Origin: Ruminococcus sp.
GTDB lineage: Bacteria > Bacillota > Clostridia > Oscillospirales > Ruminococcaceae
Length of the DNA: 64,000 nt
NCBI GenBank assembly: GCA_017620025.1
Contig: JAFZRF010000065.1
Location: 12,414-76,413, forward strand
Direction: 5' to 3'
Position numbers and translations under genes: made by a program. The notes under the pieces were generated by a model, which searched no databases, was not told where the DNA came from, and worked only from the letters and a program-made list of their open reading frames with translations. Each line of letters begins with the position of its first letter. Positions within the stretch are counted from its first letter, which is position 1. Positions 57,851 through 64,000 of the stretch are shown piece after piece.

Positions 57851-59392
57851 TTACTTTTTGGATTTCTTTGACTTCTTCTTCGGCTTAACTTCTTTCTTTT
57901 CTGTCTTTACTTCTTTCTTTTCTGTCTTTGCATCTTTCTTCACTGTCTTGACTTCCTTTTTCTCAGCCTTAGGCTCCTTGCGGTTAAGCTCGACGCAGCC
58001 TGCGCCTGCTGCCGCCCAGAATACGGGAGAAAATGCAGTGTTGCTGCATCCGATGAGGAAGAGCAGAGTTCCGCAGAGCGTAAGAGCAAAGAGTATCGGA
58101 CCTGTTGCCGAATTCTTCCTCTTCATATTGCGGTAGCCGAGTATCAGCGCCGACAGGAGAACGAGACCGAGCGCTATTGCCGAAGGGATTCCCTTTGTGG
58201 CTGCGGAATAGAGGTACTCGTTATAGGTCTTGTCAAAGGTTCCCCTGTTGTTTATGATGATGTTCCTGAGATCATCCGTATCCACTCCCTGTGCAGCAGA
58301 ATCATTATAGATCTGCGGATATACAAGCTGCTCGGGGCCTGTGCCTGTAAGCGGGAAATTGGAGATGATGTTCATGGTCTTTGAGTTGAGAGTGTAATAC
58401 ACATCGTAGGTATCATCAAGATCAACTACTGAAGTATCCGGCTCGCCGCTTGAGGAAAGACGGTAGTAGGAATCAGCCCACCAGAGTATCCTTCCGTCAT
58501 ACAGTCTGTAGCCGCCGATATTGCCGATAAGTCCTGCCTGTACGAGCACTACGCCGAGAGCAGCGGGTACTGCTGCTGCAAGGAGCACAGAAAGACGTGA
58601 CTTCGGAGCTTTTGATGCGAATACCGTAACTGCTGCTGCAAGCACTGCAAATCCGAGACCGCACCAGCCGATGAGTGAGTAGGTGAACACCATTGTCAGT
58701 GAAATGAGACAGGCTGATACAACCGAAAGCGTACGCTTCTTCTTTGACTCAAACAGCACTGCGCCCAGAAGTGCAGCTGTGAGAGAAAGGCTGAGGAACA
58801 TCGCAAGGAAGAGTGGAGACTGTGAAAGTCCTGATGCCGCACGGGCCTCGATCTCAAGTGCAATATACTTGTAGTTGCTGAGCTTGCCTGTGAATACCTG
58901 GATAAGTCCCCATACCGAATTGAGAACGCCTGCGCCTATGATGCCTGTGATAAGAGTAAACAGCGCCTTCTCTCTCCTGATGGAAATACCTGTTATGAAG
59001 ATACAGCAGTAGAACAGAATGGCAAGCAGTCCCTCTCCTCTGCCGGAAAAGCCGTAAAGGGATACCATGGTATCATAGGAATTGATAAGCGATACTATAC
59101 CCCATACAACCATAACACCGAAGGATATGACCGGGAACAGGACTCTCTTCTCAACATACCCCTTGATAAGGGCAATGAGTGCCATGATCATGCAGTAAAC
59201 ACCTGCTATTACAAGGCCTCCTGATACTATCGTATAGAAGCCGCTGTCAGTACATTCCGGCACTATCGTAAAAAGCGAAGTCATGAAGCAGGCTGCAAGA
59301 AGGCCCCTTGCTGCCATTTTCGAGAATTTCTCCTCAGTGAGGTTGAGAATGAAGTTTGATTTTTCGGATGAATTGAATAACTGTTTAGCCAT
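57851..59392 (-). CDS. O-antigen-ligase (Wzy_C)-like membrane protein
   Basis: About 12 TM; GRGEGLL, PLTGTGPE, DKTYNEYL; Lys-rich TEKKEVK-repeat tail. Confidence 0.75.
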   Translation of the reverse strand: MAKQLFNSSEKSNFILNLTEEKFSKMAARGLLAACFMTSLFTIVPECTDSGFYTIVSGGLVIAGVYCMIMALIALIKGYVEKRVLFPVISFGVMVVWGIVSLINSYDTMVSLYGFSGRGEGLLAILFYCCIFITGISIRREKALFTLITGIIGAGVLNSVWGLIQVFTGKLSNYKYIALEIEARAASGLSQSPLFLAMFLSLSLTAALLGAVLFESKKKRTLSVVSACLISLTMVFTYSLIGWCGLGFAVLAAAVTVFASKAPKSRLSVLLAAAVPAALGVVLVQAGLIGNIGGYRLYDGRILWWADSYYRLSSSGEPDTSVVDLDDTYDVYYTLNSKTMNIISNFPLTGTGPEQLVYPQIYNDSAAQGVDTDDLRNIIINNRGTFDKTYNEYLYSAATKGIPSAIALGLVLLSALILGYRNMKRKNSATGPILFALTLCGTLLFLIGCSNTAFSPVFWAAAGAGCVELNRKEPKAEKKEVKTVKKDAKTEKKEVKTEKKEVKPKKKSKKSKK

Positions 59393-59412
59393 GATCGTTC
59401 CTTTCGTATATT

Positions 59413-61062
59413 TTATTCTTTTTCAATATTCAGTAAATATGAGCCCTCGTCAGCCTGTATCGTGATCTTTACTCCCACCGGCAGAACAGGCTTGCCTTCG
59501 GGATCATACCAGCCGAATCCCGGGGTCGAAGAATCAATTACGTCTCCGTCATGGAAGAGGTTATCCGTCTTGTCGGTACCCTCCCCGACGAGTCTTATAA
59601 AACGTCTGCCCTCATCATAGTCAGTTTCGTAGTCATTGCCGCTGGCATACCTCCAGGACCTGTACTTGACGCTGTCATTGAGTTCCGCACTCGCATGGTA
59701 GATGCGGATGCCCTCTCCCGTACTGCGCCACCACTGTTTCTTCAGAGCGGTGTTGTTGCCCTTCAGTGTGGTATACTCTATTATGAAGAACTCGCTGCGG
59801 TAATTCTTATCATCGAAATCCTTTCCGGGGATTATGATGCAGTTGCCTCTTTCGGCCTGTGCATTGAAGAGCGGTATATCATGTTCACCGTCACTCGGAT
59901 CCCATACGTAAACATCCCAGTCATAGTACCAGCCGAGCAGCAGCTTTGAGAGTGCTCCGAAATCGCAGTTCGCATCGTCCATCAGCTCAAAGCCTGCGGA
60001 ACCGTGCATACCCTGATAATCACCGAGCGCATTCTTTCTGTAGGTGTAGTAATCCGGAAGTCCCATACAATGTCCGAGCTCGTGGCAGTAGCTGCTCACG
60101 AAGTCGGAATGGTCTGTCGCGGAGTCCACTTCAGAATTGCCGACGATTATATGTCCGAGATACATCTCGTCATCGATCCTGTCATCCTGTCCGCCGTAGA
60201 TACCTGCCTTCGGCCACCAGTCATCGTCGCCGGCGGCACTGGGAACTGATATGAGTATCGAATCCACAGTCTTGTCGTTATTGCCGTCAAAGGCTGAGAA
60301 GTCTATTCTGTTCCTGAACGAAGCGACAATTTCATCTATCAGCTTAATATGCCATTTATCGCCTTCATAGTATGATTTCTCATGTTCTGTCGTGTAGCGG
60401 TAGGAGCGTCCGGTAAGATCCATTACGTTCTCGGAGGAGCGCTTCATGAACGCCCTGATGGATTCAAACGGATAATTCACATTCATCATGTCCTTATCGC
60501 CGAATGCTATGTCGTCCAGTTCCTCCTCTGTGGGAGCGTAGGTGTACTTGCAGTCAGGGAAATCAACGTAGAATATAAGCAGCCTTCCGGAATTCTGCGA
60601 AGGCATCGAGCCGTAGAGCTCGTATACCGACGGATGTATGAAATTCTCCGGTGTCTGTATATCCGGTTTCTCTCTCTCGGAATACTGCCACTTCCATACG
60701 ATAAGCGGTGAGTTGTCAACGATCTGCTGCCGCATCAGCACCAGATCGTAGGTATCTATAGCGCCGTCCTGATTGACATCGGCAGTGATAAGGTAATCAC
60801 CCGACTCAAATCCGTCCGCTCCGTTGATACCGATAAAGCTTCCTTCGGTCTTGTAGGCATTGCGCAGTGTCAGCTGTTCCTTTCCGAGCAGATGCGCCTC
60901 CATAAGCCCGAGATCTTTCTGTGTAAGCTGCCTGTCACCGTCAAGGTCGCCCATGCAGCCTATATTATGCCATTCCCAGCCATCAGCGGCTTCGACCGTG
61001 GGAGCAGCACCCAAGATCATGACAGCCGCCAGTGCAGCAGCCGCCAGTTTCATGGTTTTCAT
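59413..61062 (-). CDS. Secreted M6-like zinc metalloprotease with N-terminal dockerin
   Basis: Signal peptide; GDLDGD and ADVNQDG Ca loops; VDFPD, FDGNNDKTVD, HELGHCMGLPDYY, ELMD, LLGW. Confidence 0.85.
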   Translation of the reverse strand: MKTMKLAAAALAAVMILGAAPTVEAADGWEWHNIGCMGDLDGDRQLTQKDLGLMEAHLLGKEQLTLRNAYKTEGSFIGINGADGFESGDYLITADVNQDGAIDTYDLVLMRQQIVDNSPLIVWKWQYSEREKPDIQTPENFIHPSVYELYGSMPSQNSGRLLIFYVDFPDCKYTYAPTEEELDDIAFGDKDMMNVNYPFESIRAFMKRSSENVMDLTGRSYRYTTEHEKSYYEGDKWHIKLIDEIVASFRNRIDFSAFDGNNDKTVDSILISVPSAAGDDDWWPKAGIYGGQDDRIDDEMYLGHIIVGNSEVDSATDHSDFVSSYCHELGHCMGLPDYYTYRKNALGDYQGMHGSAGFELMDDANCDFGALSKLLLGWYYDWDVYVWDPSDGEHDIPLFNAQAERGNCIIIPGKDFDDKNYRSEFFIIEYTTLKGNNTALKKQWWRSTGEGIRIYHASAELNDSVKYRSWRYASGNDYETDYDEGRRFIRLVGEGTDKTDNLFHDGDVIDSSTPGFGWYDPEGKPVLPVGVKITIQADEGSYLLNIEKE

Positions 61063-61119
61063 CCAATCAACCCCTTCTTCACAAAAAAAGGCGGACGGGG
61101 ATACCGTCCGCATGATCGC

Positions 61120-62706
61120 TTATTTTGCGTAGTCAGATACTCTGCTCTCACGAATGAGATTGACCTTGATCTGTCCGGGATAATCCATTTCAGTCTCGAT
61201 CTGCTGAGCGATCTGGCGTGCCACAATGACCATCTTCTCATCGTTGATGATCTCAGGCATAACCATGATCCTGACTTCACGTCCTGCCTGTACGGCAAAG
61301 CACTTCTCAACGCCGTCGTAAGACTTGCAGATCTCTTCAAGCTTCTGAAGACGCTTGATGTAGCTTTCGTAGTTTTCACTTCTTGCGGCAGGTCTTGCAG
61401 CGGAGATAGCGTCGGCCGCCTGAACGATGCAGGCGATAACAGTTCTCGGCTCGACATCATTATGGTGAGCCTCAACAGCGTGGATAATAACAGGACTTTC
61501 GTTGTACTTCTTACATACATCAACGCCTATCTGAACGTGTGAGCCCTCGATCTCGGAGGTAAGAGCCTTACCGATATCGTGGAGAAGTCCGGCACGTCTT
61601 GCGATATTAGCGTCAACGCCCAGCTCTGAAGCAAGTACACCGCAGAGCTTTGATACCTCGATAGAATGATCGAGGACGTTCTGTCTGTAGCTCGTACGGA
61701 ACTTCAGACGTCCGAGGAGCTTGATAAGCTCGTGGTTGAGACCGTGAACATTGGTCTCGATAACGGCTCTCTCACCCTCCTGCTTGATGCGGTACTCGAC
61801 CTCGCGCTTAGCCTTGTCTACCATTTCCTCGATGCGTGTGGGGTGGATACGTCCGTCAGCGATAAGCTTCTCAAGAGCGATCCTTGCAACCTCACGGCGG
61901 ATCTGGTCAAAACATGAAAGTGTGATAGCCTCCGGAGTATCATCTATGATAAGATCAACTCCGGTAAGAGTTTCGAGCGTGCGGATGTTGCGTCCCTCAC
62001 GTCCGATGATCCTGCCCTTCATCTCATCGTTGGGCAGCGGTACGACCGATACAGCGGCTTCGGAGACCTGATCTGCCGCTACCTTTGCGATAGCGAGTGA
62101 GATATAGCTCCTTGCCTTTTCATTACACTCATCCTTGAGCTGCTGCTCATAGGTCTGGATCTTTACGGCCTTCTCATGAACGAGGTCGTCCTCCAGCTTT
62201 GAGATTATGTATTCCTTTGCCTGGTCACGTGTGAATTCAGAGATCCTCTCGAGGACGTCAAGCTGGCTCTTCTTGATCTGCTCAGCCTCCTTGAGTTTTT
62301 CATCGGCGGACTTTATCTTCTGATTGAGAGAGTCCTCCTTCTTTTCAAGGTTGTCAGTCTTCTTGTCGAGATTCTCCTCCTTCTGCTGCATACGTCTTTC
62401 CTGACGTGACAGCTCTGCTCTGCGATCCTTGATCTCCTTGTCCGCCTCGGTGCGAAGCTTATGGATCTCATCCTTTGCTTCGATAAGGGCGCTCTTTTTC
62501 TTGTTATCTGCGTCCTTCTCAGCGTCCTCTACGATACGCTTTGCCTGTTCCTCTGCAGAACCGGTTATTGCCTCGGCATCACGCTTGCGCTTTTCAACAC
62601 CGTCGATCACACCCTTTGTATAATACGTATCCTTCGACTTGGTATAGATGACAAAAGCAGCAACAGCGCCAATAACGAGACCTATAAGGATTCCAATAAA
62701 GATCAT
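61120..62706 (-). CDS. rny: Ribonuclease Y
   Basis: N-terminal TM, coiled coil, KH domain [15 protein letters not shown] domain [16 protein letters not shown]. Confidence 0.97.
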   Translation of the reverse strand: MIFIGILIGLVIGAVAAFVIYTKSKDTYYTKGVIDGVEKRKRDAEAITGSAEEQAKRIVEDAEKDADNKKKSALIEAKDEIHKLRTEADKEIKDRRAELSRQERRMQQKEENLDKKTDNLEKKEDSLNQKIKSADEKLKEAEQIKKSQLDVLERISEFTRDQAKEYIISKLEDDLVHEKAVKIQTYEQQLKDECNEKARSYISLAIAKVAADQVSEAAVSVVPLPNDEMKGRIIGREGRNIRTLETLTGVDLIIDDTPEAITLSCFDQIRREVARIALEKLIADGRIHPTRIEEMVDKAKREVEYRIKQEGERAVIETNVHGLNHELIKLLGRLKFRTSYRQNVLDHSIEVSKLCGVLASELGVDANIARRAGLLHDIGKALTSEIEGSHVQIGVDVCKKYNESPVIIHAVEAHHNDVEPRTVIACIVQAADAISAARPAARSENYESYIKRLQKLEEICKSYDGVEKCFAVQAGREVRIMVMPEIINDEKMVIVARQIAQQIETEMDYPGQIKVNLIRESRVSDYAK

Positions 62707-63315
62707 CAGTGCATTACCTCCTTTTCCTATTAAATTAGTTTGTATTATCAAACTATTACTAAAAAGGCGGTAACTGCCGCAAATATTTAATTTTTTACTT
62801 TTACATTGTATGCCGAGATGGTCATATTTACAGGGCTCAGTGAACCAACGGCTTCCGCCGTGGGGAATGGCTGACTTTCCGCCCGTATATCCGGTACATG
62901 ACTGTCCGGTAATTTATCCGTCACACTATATATCAGGCTTCTGATCTCTTTTTCGGGCCTGAGAAAAATAAATTAATTAATATGCTGCATTACTGCCAGT
63001 AAGTAATATTTCTGCAAATTAATACAACACTTATATTATACACTTTTTCATGTTCCGTGTCAATAGATTTCCGGCAAAATATTACAGAATGATGAATTCC
63101 GCAGACTATCGTCGGATTTGTGTCCGATGTGTATAAAAATGCAGAAAATTCATCGTAAGTATATCGATAAAGACCTCACTTCGGTGCCTCCTCTCCCCTG
63201 CCGCCCTCCGATAATTCAACATTTTAACAGCTGATTTTTCCTCCCGCTAAGTTGACATCCCATGCCAGTCATATTATAATAATAAGGACAGACATCATAC
63301 CGAAAGGAGATATCC

Positions 63316-64000
63316 ATGAGCAATATCTACAGCATCATCATGGGAAAGGCTGTATGCGCTGCCGACCTCGGCGACGGCAGCGAAAGGGGCGAGTACGTCG
63401 GACAGGACTATATACTCAGCCGCCTCGGCAGACCGATGAGGAGCATATCCCTGATGTACTGCTACTACCCCTTTGACGAGCACTGGCCTGCACGCATATC
63501 CGAGGCAATGAAGGACGCTGACGTCAACGAACCATGGGGCTATCCCTACGACGACTACTTCCCCTACCTCGGCGGCATAGGAGGAAATACGGACTCAGAG
63601 CCGTTCATATCCATGCGTGATATACGCCGCCACGGTCAGGACGTGACCCTTACACTTACCATAGACCCCGCCGTGACAGATGAGATGCTCGCCGCCATAG
63701 GCCGTGACCTGCGTCCGTTCGGACGTGTGTTCCTGCGTATCAACCATGAGGCCACCGGAAACTGGTTCTCCTTCAACAAGAGAGCTACGTATCAGGAGGT
63801 AGCCGATTTTTACTGCCGTGCCTGCCGTTTGATAAAGGCGGAGGCGCCTAACGTCAGCACCGTTCTCTGCATCGGCGGAGTCGAGGATCTCTCGAAGCCC
63901 GATGAGATCGTAATGGAGAAGGAATTCGCACAGGCCGTCCGTGATACGGATATATGGTCGGTCGACAAGTACCTCGCCCTGCACTGGGGCTGGCCGTTCG
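63316..64000 (+). CDS. GH26-like glycoside hydrolase, runs off the window end
   Basis: Manual translation MSNIYSIIMGK...FLRINHEATGNWF...SVDKY; AAGGAG RBS; TTGACA-17-TATAAT upstream; no signal peptide. Confidence 0.65.
   Translation, partial: MSNIYSIIMGKAVCAADLGDGSERGEYVGQDYILSRLGRPMRSISLMYCYYPFDEHWPARISEAMKDADVNEPWGYPYDDYFPYLGGIGGNTDSEPFISMRDIRRHGQDVTLTLTIDPAVTDEMLAAIGRDLRPFGRVFLRINHEATGNWFSFNKRATYQEVADFYCRACRLIKAEAPNVSTVLCIGGVEDLSKPDEIVMEKEFAQAVRDTDIWSVDKYLALHWGWPF

Noticed and set aside
57860-57965. 21-bp degenerate tandem repeat
   Set aside because: It encodes a low-complexity Lys/Glu tail; no evidence of a separate function
62810-62962. 6S RNA or c-di-AMP riboswitch
   Set aside because: I could not find the long closing stem of 6S or the riboswitch consensus; kept only as an unassigned leader

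Overview
Mostly core chromosome of a cellulolytic, sporulation-gene-carrying clostridial anaerobe. Four dockerin-bearing proteins, a GH9-CBM3 cellulase and PFOR suggest a Ruminococcus flavefaciens-like organism (inference). Genes in order: cysS (5' truncated), an EF-G/TetM-like GTPase fused to a Rae1/YacP-type NYN nuclease domain, glyQS, a NarX/NarL-type two-component pair, a Fur-boxed metal ABC operon, GH25-manA-glk, two ECF sigma/anti-sigma pairs, a PBP, spoVAC, nifJ, a K+ channel, T-box-leuA, ilvBN, leuCDB-nadA-hydE plus a U32-like gene, ylbJ/yqfC/yqfD, a GH13-DUF1653 fusion, rny and a truncated GH26-like gene. I saw no rRNA, tRNA, CRISPR array, transposase or prophage. The most notable signals: (1) a ~174-bp multi-hairpin intergenic element in three copies with compensatory base changes; (2) the GTPase-NYN fusion, a candidate ribosome quality-control factor; (3) a ~113-nt promoter-to-terminator small RNA with an anti-Shine-Dalgarno seed, divergent from nifJ; (4) a Val/Ile/Thr-rich 22-aa leader-peptide attenuator before ilvB; (5) two unrelated dockerin genes sharing both 3' coding DNA and terminator; (6) GTAG-REP and heptamer-plus-hairpin repeat families, one translated into the ylbJ C-terminus. 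All family assignments are from motifs read by eye, not database searches.
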